Below are positions 9,001 through 18,276 of a stretch of 32,000 nt of DNA, piece by piece. The notes under the pieces were generated by a model. That model ran no database searches and was not told the DNA's origin. It saw only the letters and a program-made list of their open reading frames with translations. Source of the DNA: Synechococcus sp. A15-24 (lineage in GTDB: Bacteria > Cyanobacteriota > Cyanobacteriia > PCC-6307 > Cyanobiaceae); NCBI RefSeq assembly GCF_014280195.1, contig NZ_CP047960.1:1890001-1922000 (forward strand), written 5' to 3'. Numbering within the stretch: the stretch's first letter is position 1; each line of letters starts with the position of its first letter. The translations under genes were made by a program, and so were the position numbers.

Positions 9001-10612
9001 GCTTTTCCCGCAGGGGATCAATCGGCGGGTTGGTGACCTGGGCGAAGCGTTGTTTGAAGTAGTCGTACAGCAGGTGGGGTTTATCCGACAACACCGCCAG
9101 GGGGATGTCGTCTCCCATGCAGTAGGTGGGTTCTTTACCAAGTCCGGCCATGTCTTCGATCACGAGATCGAAGTCTTCGGCGGTGAAGCCCATGGCGGTC
9201 TGCAGCCGCAGCAGATCCAACTCACCGACCTGACGATCCTGGGTCCAGGGTTGGGCTTCCACACTGCGGCGATGGTGCTGCAGCCAGTCGCCGTAGGGGA
9301 AGCGTCCAGCCGCGTCCTCCTTCACGGTCCAGTTGTCGAGCAGCTGGCCGTTCTCCAGATCCACAGCCACCATCTGGCCAGGGCCGAGACGGCCCTTCTG
9401 AACAACGGTCTTGCCGCTGAGGTCCACCACACCGGTTTCCGATCCCATGATCACGAAACCGTCGGCGGTGGTGCACCAGCGCGCGGGTCGCAACCCGTTG
9501 CGATCAAGCGTGGCACCCACCCGTTTGCCATCGGCAAACACGAGCAGCGCCGGACCATCCCAGGGCTCCTGGATGCCGGCATTGAATTCGTACATCGCGG
9601 TCACCTCAGGGCGATCCTCCAGATCCGGCTGGTTGCGGAAGGCCTCGGGCACCAGGGTGATCAAGCTGTCGGTGATCGAGCGGCCGCTGCGCACCATCAG
9701 CTCCAGGGTGGCGTCGAGGTTGGCCGAATCACTGAACGCCGGGTTCACCACAGGGTTCAGATCATCCGCGGCTTCACCCCAAACGTCCGCGAGGCTGGCT
9801 TCAGAGGCCTTGGCCCAGTTGAGGTTGCCCAGAAGCGTGTTGATTTCTCCGTTGTGACCCAGCAACCGCATCGGCTGAGCCAGGGGCCAGCGGGGCAGGG
9901 TGTTTGTGCTGAAGCGGCGGTGGTACACCGCAAAGCTCACTTCAAAGCGCGGATCGCGCAGATCGGCGTAATACTGCGCCAGCACCTCGGAGCGCACCAT
10001 GCCCTTGTACACAACGGTGCGGCTGCTCAACGAGGCCACGTAAAGATCCCGGGATCCCTCAAACCCCCAGGCCTGGCGGGCACGGGAACCGATCCGGCGA
10101 CGCAGGCGCAGCAACAAAGCCTCGAAAGCGTCACCATTGGGGCCACCGGCAAGGCTCCACTGCTCGATCACAGGGGCGGTGTCCCGCGCCATGGGGCCCA
10201 GCACGGAAGAATCCACTGGAACCACCCGCCAGCCGGCGGACGTGAGGCCGAGCGCCTCGGCTTCCTCATTGCAGAACCGGCGCGCCAGCTCCCGCCGCTT
10301 GGCGTCCTGGGGCATGAACATCATCCCGAGACCGCGGGCGGAGGCCGCCTCAGGCCAGACCGCTTTCAAGTAAGTCCAGGGGATTTGGCAGAGCACGCCG
10401 GCACCATCACCGGAATCACCATCACCACCACAGCCGCCGCGGTGCTCCATGCAACCAAGGCCGCGCAGGGCCTGCTGCAGCACCCAATAGCTGGTTTCCC
10501 CAGACAATTGCGCCAGGAAACCCACCCCGCAGGCATCTTTCTCACCGGCCACAGCCTCGGGCGCAGCACTGTCGCTGTAAGGCCAGACGGTGGGTCGGGT
10601 GAGATCTGACAT
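6011..10612 (-). CDS. glsF: Ferredoxin-dependent glutamate synthase (Fd-GOGAT)
   Basis: 1533 aa. A short propeptide precedes the catalytic Cys (GEKDA-CGVGFLAQL). The order is amidotransferase domain, central domain, FMN/3Fe-4S domain (CHTNNCPVGVATQ), then a C-terminal GXGXG beta-helix domain. Confidence 0.95.
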   Translation of the reverse strand: MSDLTRPTVWPYSDSAAPEAVAGEKDACGVGFLAQLSGETSYWVLQQALRGLGCMEHRGGCGGDGDSGDGAGVLCQIPWTYLKAVWPEAASARGLGMMFMPQDAKRRELARRFCNEEAEALGLTSAGWRVVPVDSSVLGPMARDTAPVIEQWSLAGGPNGDAFEALLLRLRRRIGSRARQAWGFEGSRDLYVASLSSRTVVYKGMVRSEVLAQYYADLRDPRFEVSFAVYHRRFSTNTLPRWPLAQPMRLLGHNGEINTLLGNLNWAKASEASLADVWGEAADDLNPVVNPAFSDSANLDATLELMVRSGRSITDSLITLVPEAFRNQPDLEDRPEVTAMYEFNAGIQEPWDGPALLVFADGKRVGATLDRNGLRPARWCTTADGFVIMGSETGVVDLSGKTVVQKGRLGPGQMVAVDLENGQLLDNWTVKEDAAGRFPYGDWLQHHRRSVEAQPWTQDRQVGELDLLRLQTAMGFTAEDFDLVIEDMAGLGKEPTYCMGDDIPLAVLSDKPHLLYDYFKQRFAQVTNPPIDPLREKLVMSLEMHLGERRPALKPQAEAAAVIHLDTPVLNEAELAAISKQELPVATLSTQVAVEACAGGLSSALQGLCEAAEEAVRGGAQVLVLSDRVDGSGAAAQLTATSVAMPALLAVGAVHHHLLRQKLRLRGSLVIDTAQCWSTHHMACLIGYGASAVCPWLTWETTRHWLAHPKTQKRIEQGKLPALDADKVQANVRVSLENGLRKILSKIGISLLASYHGAQIFEAIGLGADVIDTAFSGTTSRVAGMTLAELANETLSLHAKAFPELNRSKLEFMGFVQYRTGGEYHLNSPDMAKTLHAAVKTGPGYDHFSTYKTLLENRPVTALRDLLEFKLAPTPLPLDQVESAECLCKRFCTGGMSLGALSREAHEVLAVAMNRIGGKSNSGEGGEDPARFQVLHDVDAEGRSQAFPSIGGLKNGDTACSAIKQIASGRFGVTAEYLRSGKQLEIKVAQGAKPGEGGQLPGPKVDDYIAWLRNSKPGVALISPPPHHDIYSIEDLAQLIHDLHQVHPKAPVSVKLVAEIGIGTIAAGVAKANADVIQISGHDGGTGASPLSSIKHAGSPWELGLTEVHRSLLENGLRDRVLLRADGGLKTGWDVVIAALLGAEEYGFGSVAMIAEGCIMARVCHTNNCPVGVATQKEALRKRFTGVPEHVVNFFWYVAEEVRQLLSLLGVAKLEDLIGRSDLLQPRAVDLAKTQGVDLSSLLAPIQGSEERSWLRHSAEAHGNGPILEDQLLADAELMAAVESHGSLNRTIAIINTDRSVGARLAGEIAQRHGNRGFKGQLNITFQGAAGQSFGAFLVQGMNVRLEGEANDYVGKGMNSGCISLVPADGCANPGDQVILGNTCLYGATGGELFARGRAGERFGVRNSGARTVVEGAGDHCCEYMTGGVVVVLGSTGRNVGAGMTGGVTFLLDEGDRVTARVNPEIVAVCSLTTSQQEETLKELLEAHVAATGSSKASALLAAWAAAKGRFKVLIPPSERAAMGLVDQQAVAA

Positions 10613-10614
10613 GA

Positions 10615-12384
10615 ATGTTCAGCCGGGCGATTGCATGGTTCGCAGCATCGTGCTCTGCAAAAACCACGTCAGACAACGATCCTAGGCAAGCGCCCTCCCC
10701 GGATCGCCTCCCGATGTTTCCCTTCGCCCAGCTGCCGGAGCCCCTGCCGGAACTGCGACAGGCCCCGTCACTGCAGGGGCAGCAGCTGCGGATCGACGGC
10801 CTGGAGCTGCGCAACAGTTGGCAATGGGAAGGCCTCAACCGGAGCTGGCCGGACAAACTGTGGCTCCCTCTGGAGCTGTTGGAGTCACATCTCGGCTTCC
10901 GCCGCCATGAGGGGCAACTGGAGTGGTTCGGCCGCCGGCAGCCATTGGCAGAGCTGCCCCAGCGAACCCTGGGTGATGAGGTGGGCCTGGAGGTGGCGGA
11001 CTGGCTGGCCCAGGTCGGCGTCATCATTCGTCTGGAGGATCAGCAGCTGCAGCTGACCTTGCCTGCGGCAGATCTGCAGGGGATTCGGCGCGGCAAGGGC
11101 AGCACCGCCGATCGCCTCGTGCTGGACCTCGATGGCCCCGCATTGGTGCAACGCGTGGGAGATGACTTGCATCTGGGCGTGCGCAGCACAGCAGCCCAGC
11201 AGCTGGAGCTGCGACGGCTGCGGCTCATTCCTCAGCAAGGTCCCAACAGCCTCGTGCTGAAGGGACAGGCCACTCGACTCAGGACCCTGAGCCTGGCGAC
11301 ACCCTGGCGCGTTGTGCTCGATGGCGTACGGACTGGCGGCCCTGCAGCGACTGCGGCCCAGCTTCCCCTCAGCAACCCGGCAATTGCTCGCTGGCTGCGC
11401 CGCGGCCTGGTGCTCGAGGAACGCACCGTCACCGTGGGCGTCAAGCCACTGCGGGTGCTCAGAACCGGCGGTGACCTGAGCCGCATCGGTTTGACGATGA
11501 CGCCACTCACCATGGCTGGACAACAGCAGGGGCTGCGCTTTCTGCCCCAGTTGTCCCAACCGGCCAATGCGGTGATCGCCATCAACGGCGGCTTTTTCAA
11601 TCGCATCCTGCAACTGCCCCTTGGCGCTCTACGTCAACAGGGCCAGTGGCTGTCCGGACCGATCCTCAACCGGGGGGTGGTCGCTTGGGGCGACAACGAT
11701 CAACTCCAGTTCGGACGCCTGCGGCTGGACCAGCAGCTGCAGGTGAACGGTGGTCGGCGCTGGGGGCTGAGCTATCTCAACAGCGGCTATGTACAACGGG
11801 GCCTCAGCCGCTACACACGCGCCTGGGGACCGATCTATCGCCCGCTCAGCGGCGAGGAGGAGGCACTGCTGGTGCAGGGGGGCCGCGTTACGCATCGCTT
11901 TGATCGCGCCAGCATTCGCCGTGGTGTGCTGATTCCCGCCGACGGCGACCTGGTTGTGGCCCGCGGCGGCACCCCCCTGCCGGCCAAAGCCGGCGATGCG
12001 GTGATGCTGAGCCAACGCACCACGTCCGGGCTGGGTGATCAAGCCAACGTGCTCGGTGGGGGGCCGCTGCTGATCCAGGGAGGCCAGATTGTGTTGAACG
12101 GTCGTGCTGAAGGATTCAGCCCTGATTTCCTCGCCCTTGCGGCACCCAGGACCGTCGTGGGCCAAGGGGCAGGCGGCACCTGGCTGTTGGCCTTGCGCGG
12201 TGCAGCGGGGAGCGATCCCACCTTGCTGGAGACAGCCCTGGCCGCGCAGCAGCTCGGACTGAAGGATGCACTGAACCTGGACGGAGGCAGTTCAACGACG
12301 GTCGTGGTGGCTGGACGAACGGTGGTGAACGGTCGCGGCAGTGCCCCCCGTGTGCATAACGGACTTGGCTTCATTCCCCTTTAA
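10615..12384 (+). CDS. Phosphodiester glycosidase (DUF2233/NAGPA-like) family protein with an AMIN-like N-terminal region
   Basis: C-terminal half carries AINGGFFNR...GGGPLLIQGG...PRTVVGQ...ALNLDGGSSTT, typical of the phosphodiester glycosidase family. DRLVLDLDGPALV resembles an AMIN domain. Start is uncertain. ATG 10615 gives a signal/lipobox-like MFSRAIAWFAASC but lies 2 nt from the divergent glsF start. ATG 10714 (MFPFAQLPEP...) is the alternative. Confidence 0.7.
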   Translation: MFSRAIAWFAASCSAKTTSDNDPRQAPSPDRLPMFPFAQLPEPLPELRQAPSLQGQQLRIDGLELRNSWQWEGLNRSWPDKLWLPLELLESHLGFRRHEGQLEWFGRRQPLAELPQRTLGDEVGLEVADWLAQVGVIIRLEDQQLQLTLPAADLQGIRRGKGSTADRLVLDLDGPALVQRVGDDLHLGVRSTAAQQLELRRLRLIPQQGPNSLVLKGQATRLRTLSLATPWRVVLDGVRTGGPAATAAQLPLSNPAIARWLRRGLVLEERTVTVGVKPLRVLRTGGDLSRIGLTMTPLTMAGQQQGLRFLPQLSQPANAVIAINGGFFNRILQLPLGALRQQGQWLSGPILNRGVVAWGDNDQLQFGRLRLDQQLQVNGGRRWGLSYLNSGYVQRGLSRYTRAWGPIYRPLSGEEEALLVQGGRVTHRFDRASIRRGVLIPADGDLVVARGGTPLPAKAGDAVMLSQRTTSGLGDQANVLGGGPLLIQGGQIVLNGRAEGFSPDFLALAAPRTVVGQGAGGTWLLALRGAAGSDPTLLETALAAQQLGLKDALNLDGGSSTTVVVAGRTVVNGRGSAPRVHNGLGFIPL

Positions 12385-12396
12385 ACAGCTGGCACA

Positions 12397-12750
12397 ATGG
12401 GACGACACCAGACGATTCATTCCATGGCTGCCAATCTGCGCCTGACGCCGGCTGCCGCCGCAGAACTGGGTCGTCAGGCCGCGGTTGCCGGCACTCCTGG
12501 GCAGATGCATCTCGAGCTTCGCCCAGGAGATTGTGCTGATCACGTGATCCAGATCCGTCCTGGACATCTGGCGGGGGTGGCCATCGCCAGGGCTGATGGC
12601 GTCACCCTTCATGCACCCAAGAACCAGCTCAACCTGTCGCAAGGCCTGTGCCTCGACTATCGCGGTGACCTCAGCGGTGGCGGATTTCTGATTCGCAGCG
12701 GAGACGGGATCAGCCCCTGCGCATGCGGCAGTGCGTTCAGCCTGCGATAG
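12397..12750 (+). CDS. HesB/IscA-family iron-sulfur cluster insertion protein
   Basis: LRLTPAAAAEL...LELRPGDCADH...LCLDYRGDLSGGGFLIRSG...PCACGSAFSL, that is, the C-terminal CxCGxSF signature plus the upstream Cys. The start could also be the ATG at 12424. Confidence 0.75.
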   Translation: MGRHQTIHSMAANLRLTPAAAAELGRQAAVAGTPGQMHLELRPGDCADHVIQIRPGHLAGVAIARADGVTLHAPKNQLNLSQGLCLDYRGDLSGGGFLIRSGDGISPCACGSAFSLR

Positions 12751-12822
12751 AAGGGACCGTTAACCGGTATCGTGGCGGATTGTCGAATCTGGTCGGGGCG
12801 TCCGACCGCACACCGACCCTCG

Positions 12823-13197
12823 ATGCCAACCATCCAACAGCTGATCCGCGCGGAGCGTTCACGCCTCAAGGCCAAGACAAAATCGCCGGCCTTGAAGTCC
12901 TGCCCAGAACGCCGCGGGGTCTGCACCCGTGTGTACACCTCCACGCCAAAGAAGCCCAATTCGGCGCTGCGCAAGGTGGCTCGCGTACGCCTCACCTCCG
13001 GCTTCGAGGTCACCGCCTACATCGGCGGCGTCGGACACAACCTTCAGGAGCACTCCGTGGTGCTGATTCGCGGCGGTCGTGTCAAGGACCTGCCAGGTGT
13101 CAGATACCACATCATTCGAGGCACTTTGGACACCGCTGGCGTCAAAGACCGCCGGCAGTCTCGCTCGAAGTACGGCGCCAAGGCTCCGAAGGAGTGA
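12823..13197 (+). CDS. rpsL: 30S ribosomal protein S12
   Basis: [57 protein letters not shown]... The ORF-track start at 12772 is an upstream extension. The canonical MPTIQQLIR start is the ATG at 12823. Confidence 0.97.
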   Translation: MPTIQQLIRAERSRLKAKTKSPALKSCPERRGVCTRVYTSTPKKPNSALRKVARVRLTSGFEVTAYIGGVGHNLQEHSVVLIRGGRVKDLPGVRYHIIRGTLDTAGVKDRRQSRSKYGAKAPKE

Positions 13198-13251
13198 CCT
13201 CACGGTCTTCCATTACCCACCACGTTCTGATCCCCACTTCACTGACCTCCG

Positions 13252-13722
13252 ATGTCCCGCCGCAACGCCGCTGAAAAACGTCCGGTTCTTCCTGATCCGC
13301 AGTTCAACAGTCGTCTGGCAACGATGATGGTGTCCCGTCTGATGCAGCACGGCAAGAAGTCCACGGCGCAGCGGATCCTGTCCGATGCGTTCGGTTTGAT
13401 CAACGAGCGCACTGGCGGAGACCCCCTGGAGCTGTTCGAAACGGCAGTGAAGAACGCCACCCCCCTGGTCGAGGTCCGTGCCCGTCGCGTCGGTGGCGCG
13501 ACCTACCAGGTTCCGATGGAAGTACGTCAGGAACGTGGCACCGCCATGGCCCTGCGCTGGCTGGTGAGCTTCTCCCGCGCCCGCAACGGCCGGAGCATGG
13601 CTCAGAAGCTCGCCGGCGAACTGATGGATGCAGCCAATGAGGCCGGAAGCGCGGTTCGCAAGCGCGAAGAAACCCACAAGATGGCAGAAGCCAACAAGGC
13701 TTTTGCCCACTACCGCTATTGA
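13252..13722 (+). CDS. rpsG: 30S ribosomal protein S7
   Basis: [43 protein letters not shown]...[20 protein letters not shown]...AFAHYRY. Confidence 0.97.
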   Translation: MSRRNAAEKRPVLPDPQFNSRLATMMVSRLMQHGKKSTAQRILSDAFGLINERTGGDPLELFETAVKNATPLVEVRARRVGGATYQVPMEVRQERGTAMALRWLVSFSRARNGRSMAQKLAGELMDAANEAGSAVRKREETHKMAEANKAFAHYRY

Positions 13723-13813
13723 TCTCGGGCAAGCCAGCCCGACACCTTCTATGTCAAGGTCTGGCCTGTAGAGTCTCACCCGCCTTTTCACGCCCCACCC
13801 CCGGAGAATTCCT

Positions 13814-15886
13814 GTGGCTCGCGACTTCCCCCTGGAACGCGTCAGAAATATTGGTATCGCCGCCCACATTGACGCCGGCAAAACCACCACCACTGAACGG
13901 ATCCTGTTCTATTCAGGCGTGGTGCACAAGATCGGTGAGGTGCATGACGGCGCCGCCGTGACCGACTGGATGGCCCAGGAACGGGAACGTGGCATCACCA
14001 TCACCGCGGCTGCCATTTCCACGTCTTGGCAGGACCACCGGATCAACATCATTGATACACCCGGGCACGTGGACTTCACCATCGAGGTGGAGCGTTCCAT
14101 GCGGGTGCTTGATGGAGTGATTGCAGTGTTCTGCGCCGTGGGTGGTGTCCAGCCCCAATCCGAAACCGTTTGGCGTCAAGCTGATCGCTACTCCGTTCCG
14201 CGGATGGTGTTCGTCAACAAGATGGACCGCACCGGCGCGGATTTCCTCAAGGTTCACGGGCAGATCAAGGATCGGCTCAAGGCCAATGCCGTGCCCATCC
14301 AGCTCCCCATCGGAGCCGAAGGCGACCTGAGCGGCATCATCGACCTGGTCGGCAACAAGGCTTACATCTATAAGAACGACCTCGGCACCGACATCGAAGA
14401 AGCCGAGATCCCTGCCGAGATGGCCGATGAGGCCGCCGAATGGCGCGCCACGCTGATGGAGACCATCGCTGAAACCGATGAGGCTTTGATTGAGAAGTTC
14501 CTCGAAACCGGCGAACTGTCCACCGAAGAGCTCAAGAAGGGAATCCGCGAGGGTGTGCTCAAGCACGGGTTGGTGCCGATGCTCTGTGGTTCGGCCTTCA
14601 AGAACAAGGGTGTGCAGCTGGTTCTCGATGCTGTCATCGACTACCTTCCAGCCCCTGTCGATGTGCCCCCGATTCAGGGTGTGCTTCCCGACGGGAAAGA
14701 AGCGGTTCGTCCGTCCGATGACAAAGCACCCTTCTCAGCCCTGGCCTTCAAGGTCATGGCTGACCCTTACGGCAAGCTCACCTTCGTCCGGATGTATTCC
14801 GGTGTCCTGGAGAAGGGAAGCTACGTTCTCAACTCCACCAAGGGTGAGAAGGAGCGCATTTCACGTCTGGTAGTGCTGAAGGCCGACGACCGCGAAGAAG
14901 TTGATGCTCTGCGGGCCGGCGATCTCGGCGCCGTTCTCGGACTGAAGAACACCACCACGGGTGACACCCTCTGCACTCAAGACGACCCGATCGTTCTCGA
15001 GACCCTGTTCATCCCGGAACCGGTGATCTCTGTAGCGGTCGAGCCCAAAACCAAGGGCGACATGGAGAAACTCTCCAAGGCCCTGGTGGCACTGGCTGAG
15101 GAAGACCCCACATTCCGCGTTAACACGGATCAGGAAACCGGCCAGACCGTGATCGCCGGCATGGGTGAGCTTCACTTGGAAATCCTGGTGGACCGCATGC
15201 TGCGGGAATTCAAGGTTGAGGCCAACATCGGTGCTCCTCAGGTGTCCTACCGGGAAACCATCCGTGGTTCCGCTGGGGGTGAAGGCAAGTTCTCCCGTCA
15301 GACCGGTGGTAAGGGTCAGTACGGCCATGTCGTGATCGAAATGGAGCCCGGCGAACCTGGCTCCGGTTTCGAGTTCGTCAACAAGATCGTGGGCGGTGTT
15401 GTTCCCAAGGAATACATCAAGCCCGCCGAACAGGGCATGAAAGAGACCTGCGAATCCGGTGTGATCGCTGGTTATCCCCTGATCGATGTGAAGTGCACCA
15501 TGGTCGACGGTTCGTATCACGACGTCGACTCTTCGGAGATGGCGTTCAAGATCGCTGGCTCCATGGCCTTCAAGGACGGCGTCAAGAAGTGCAGTCCTGT
15601 GCTTCTTGAGCCGATGATGAAAGTCGAAGTCGAGGTCCCTGAGGATTTCCTCGGTTCGATCATCGGCGACCTGTCCTCACGCCGAGGCCAGGTTGAGGGC
15701 CAAGGCGTTGAAGATGGCACATCCAAGATCTCGGCCAAGGTGCCCCTTGCCGAGATGTTCGGTTACGCCACCGAGCTCCGCTCCATGACCCAGGGCCGGG
15801 GCATCTTCTCGATGGAATTCGACAATTACGCCGAAGTTCCTCGCAATGTGGCCGAAGCCATCATTTCCAAGAATCAGGGCAACTAA
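13814..15886 (+). CDS. fusA: Elongation factor G
   Basis: GTG start preceded by [34 protein letters not shown] and NKMD GTPase motifs. Full-length at 690 aa. Confidence 0.97.
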   Translation: MARDFPLERVRNIGIAAHIDAGKTTTTERILFYSGVVHKIGEVHDGAAVTDWMAQERERGITITAAAISTSWQDHRINIIDTPGHVDFTIEVERSMRVLDGVIAVFCAVGGVQPQSETVWRQADRYSVPRMVFVNKMDRTGADFLKVHGQIKDRLKANAVPIQLPIGAEGDLSGIIDLVGNKAYIYKNDLGTDIEEAEIPAEMADEAAEWRATLMETIAETDEALIEKFLETGELSTEELKKGIREGVLKHGLVPMLCGSAFKNKGVQLVLDAVIDYLPAPVDVPPIQGVLPDGKEAVRPSDDKAPFSALAFKVMADPYGKLTFVRMYSGVLEKGSYVLNSTKGEKERISRLVVLKADDREEVDALRAGDLGAVLGLKNTTTGDTLCTQDDPIVLETLFIPEPVISVAVEPKTKGDMEKLSKALVALAEEDPTFRVNTDQETGQTVIAGMGELHLEILVDRMLREFKVEANIGAPQVSYRETIRGSAGGEGKFSRQTGGKGQYGHVVIEMEPGEPGSGFEFVNKIVGGVVPKEYIKPAEQGMKETCESGVIAGYPLIDVKCTMVDGSYHDVDSSEMAFKIAGSMAFKDGVKKCSPVLLEPMMKVEVEVPEDFLGSIIGDLSSRRGQVEGQGVEDGTSKISAKVPLAEMFGYATELRSMTQGRGIFSMEFDNYAEVPRNVAEAIISKNQGN

Positions 15887-15935
15887 TCCTGATCTCTAAA
15901 CTCCTCTCATTCCAACCCTCGATTCTTAACCACAA

Positions 15936-17135
15936 ATGGCACGCGAGAAGTTCGAAAGGAACAAGCCCCACGTCAACATCGGCACCATCGGCCACGTTGA
16001 CCACGGCAAAACCACCCTCACCGCTGCGATCACCAACGTGCTCGCCAAGAAAGGTCAGGCTGAGAAGCAGGACTACGCCGATATCGACGGTGCTCCCGAG
16101 GAGCGTGAGCGCGGCATCACCATCAACACCGCCCACGTTGAATACGAGACCGACACCCGTCACTACGCCCACGTGGACTGCCCCGGTCACGCGGACTACG
16201 TGAAGAACATGATCACCGGTGCCGCCCAGATGGATGGCGCCATCCTGGTCTGCGCCGCCACCGACGGCCCCATGGCTCAGACCAAGGAGCACATCCTGCT
16301 GGCCAAGCAGGTGGGTGTTCCTGCTCTGGTGGTTGCCCTGAACAAGTGCGACATGGTCGATGACGAAGAGATCATCGAATTGGTTGAGATGGAAGTGCGT
16401 GAGCTGCTGGACAGCTACGACTTCCCTGGTGATGACATCCCTGTTGTCCAGGTGTCTGGTCTGAAAGCTCTCGAAGGCGAAGCCGAGTGGGAAGCCAAGA
16501 TCGAAGAACTCATGACTGCCGTTGATGAGGCCATCCCTGAGCCCGAGCGTGAGGTTGACAAGCCTTTCCTGATGGCCGTTGAGGACGTCTTCTCCATCAC
16601 CGGTCGTGGCACCGTGGCCACCGGTCGGATCGAGCGTGGCAAGGTCAAGGTTGGCGAGGAGATCGAAATCGTTGGTATCAAGGACGCTCGCAAAACCACC
16701 GTCACCGGTGTGGAGATGTTCCGGAAGCTCCTCGAAGAAGGAATGGCTGGAGACAACTGCGGCCTTCTGCTCCGCGGTATCCAGAAAGAGGACATCGAGC
16801 GCGGCATGGTGCTGGTGAAGCCCGGTTCCATCACCCCTCACACCAAATTCGAAGGTGAGGTTTATGTTCTTAAGAAGGAAGAAGGTGGCCGCCACACTCC
16901 CTTCTTCGCCGGCTATCGCCCGCAGTTCTACATCCGTACAACGGACGTGACCGGTCAGATCACCGCATTCACCGCCGATGACGGCAGTGCCGTTGAGATG
17001 GTGATGCCCGGTGACCGCATCAAAATGACCGGTGAGCTGATCTGCCCTGTGGCCATGGAAAACGGCATGCGCTTCGCCATCCGCGAAGGCGGCCGCACCA
17101 TTGGTGCCGGCGTGGTCTCCAAGATCATCGAGTGA
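15936..17135 (+). CDS. tuf: Elongation factor Tu
   Basis: [45 protein letters not shown]. 399 aa. Confidence 0.98.
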   Translation: MAREKFERNKPHVNIGTIGHVDHGKTTLTAAITNVLAKKGQAEKQDYADIDGAPEERERGITINTAHVEYETDTRHYAHVDCPGHADYVKNMITGAAQMDGAILVCAATDGPMAQTKEHILLAKQVGVPALVVALNKCDMVDDEEIIELVEMEVRELLDSYDFPGDDIPVVQVSGLKALEGEAEWEAKIEELMTAVDEAIPEPEREVDKPFLMAVEDVFSITGRGTVATGRIERGKVKVGEEIEIVGIKDARKTTVTGVEMFRKLLEEGMAGDNCGLLLRGIQKEDIERGMVLVKPGSITPHTKFEGEVYVLKKEEGGRHTPFFAGYRPQFYIRTTDVTGQITAFTADDGSAVEMVMPGDRIKMTGELICPVAMENGMRFAIREGGRTIGAGVVSKIIE

Positions 17136-17158
17136 TCAGCATTAACTGATTACTGATG

Positions 17159-17182
17159 GATGGGGGGAGTTATCCCCCCATC
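17159..17182 (+). terminator. Strong G6/C6 stem-loop between tuf and rpsJ (possible attenuator or partial terminator)
   Basis: GATGGGGGGA-GTTA-TCCCCCCATC forms a perfect 10-bp stem with a 4-nt loop, 24 nt after the tuf stop. The following sequence, TCCTACATTTGATTT, is only moderately T-rich. Confidence 0.45.
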
Positions 17183-17249
17183 TCCTACATTTGATTTGAA
17201 CCTCGACAACTGAATTCAGGACTCCCAGGATCCTGTTCGCTTCTTTCCT

Positions 17250-17570
17250 ATGTCCACTGCCATTGCTCAGCAGAAGATCCGCATTCGCTTGAAGGCGTTT
17301 GACCGCCGCATGCTGGATCTCTCCTGCGACAAGATTATTGAGACGGCCGATCAGACCGCTGCAACAGCGATCGGCCCCATTCCTCTCCCCACCAAGCGCA
17401 AGATTTACTGCGTGCTGCGTTCTCCTCACGTGGACAAGGATTCCCGCGAGCATTTCGAGACCCGGACCCACCGCCGCATCATCGACATCTACAGCCCATC
17501 GGCGAAGACCATCGATGCCTTGATGAAGCTGGACCTCCCCAGTGGTGTCGACATTGAAGTGAAGCTCTGA
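17250..17570 (+). CDS. rpsJ: 30S ribosomal protein S10
   Basis: [70 protein letters not shown]. Confidence 0.97.
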   Translation: MSTAIAQQKIRIRLKAFDRRMLDLSCDKIIETADQTAATAIGPIPLPTKRKIYCVLRSPHVDKDSREHFETRTHRRIIDIYSPSAKTIDALMKLDLPSGVDIEVKL

Positions 17571-17585
17571 ACGCTTCGGCGTCAG
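17567..17585 (+). terminator. Short UUCG-loop hairpin overlapping the rpsJ stop codon
   Basis: CTGAACGC-TTCG-GCGTCAG: 7 bp with one bulged A and a TTCG tetraloop. There is no clear U-tract afterwards, so its function (terminator or stabiliser) is uncertain. Confidence 0.25.
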
Positions 17586-17625
17586 ATCGTCCTTCCTAGG
17601 ATCATCATGCGTTTGAGCGGCGTCC

Positions 17626-18276
17626 GTGTCCGATTTTTCCGTCAGGGAGCTTCCCCTGTTCCCCCTGCCGGACGTCGTTCTGTTTCCGCAGCAGCTGCTG
17701 CCGCTGCATATTTTTGAATCCCGCTATCGGATGCTGCTCCAGACCGTTCTGGAGACCGACAAACGATTCGGGATCGTGCGGATCAATCCCGAAAACGGCG
17801 AGATGGCCGAAATCGGCTGCTGCGCCGAAGTGCTCCAGCACCAGACCACGGACGATGGTCGCAGCTACATCGTCACCCTTGGCCAGCAGCGTTTTCGCGT
17901 GCTCAATGTCACCCGTGAAACCCCTTTCCGCTCAGCCATGGTCAGCTGGATGGAAGACGAGCCAGTCGAAGACCACGCCGAGCTCAACGCATTGCGCGAC
18001 AAGGTCAGTTCAGCCTTGAACGATGTCTTTTCACTCACGGCCAAGATCCAAGGCCGCGAAGCGGAACTGCCTGATGACCTCCCCGATCTGCCGCGGGAGC
18101 TGTCGTTCTGGATCGGAGCCCATCTCGACAACCGCGCCGCCCCTGAACAGCAGACCCTGCTGGAGCTCAGTGACACCAACGAGCGCCTGGAACGTCAATT
18201 CGAGATGCTCGACCACACCCGTCGTCAACTGGCGGCCAGAACAGTGCTGATGGATCTCAAGGAGCAAGACGTCTGA
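17626..18276 (+). CDS. Lon N-terminal (LON substrate-binding) domain protein
   Basis: LPLFPLPDVVLFPQQLLPLHIFESRYRMLL...RFGIV... is characteristic of stand-alone Lon N-domain proteins. GTG start. Confidence 0.8.
   Translation: MSDFSVRELPLFPLPDVVLFPQQLLPLHIFESRYRMLLQTVLETDKRFGIVRINPENGEMAEIGCCAEVLQHQTTDDGRSYIVTLGQQRFRVLNVTRETPFRSAMVSWMEDEPVEDHAELNALRDKVSSALNDVFSLTAKIQGREAELPDDLPDLPRELSFWIGAHLDNRAAPEQQTLLELSDTNERLERQFEMLDHTRRQLAARTVLMDLKEQDV

Noticed and set aside
8921-10609. 562-aa plus-strand ORF, together with the other plus-strand ORFs between 6045 and 10400
   Set aside because: They are antisense to glsF, a 1533-aa ORF with clear Fd-GOGAT motifs. Composition is low-complexity and H/G/A/R-rich with no recognisable motifs.
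10613-10713. NtcA-type (GTA-N8-TAC) site upstream of glsF
   Set aside because: No match to the motif is visible in this stretch.
13213-13893. 226-aa minus-strand ORF
   Set aside because: It is antisense to rpsG and the fusA 5' end.
15861-16895. 344-aa minus-strand ORF
   Set aside because: It is antisense to tuf (EF-Tu). Long stop-free antisense frames are expected in GC-rich, codon-biased genes.
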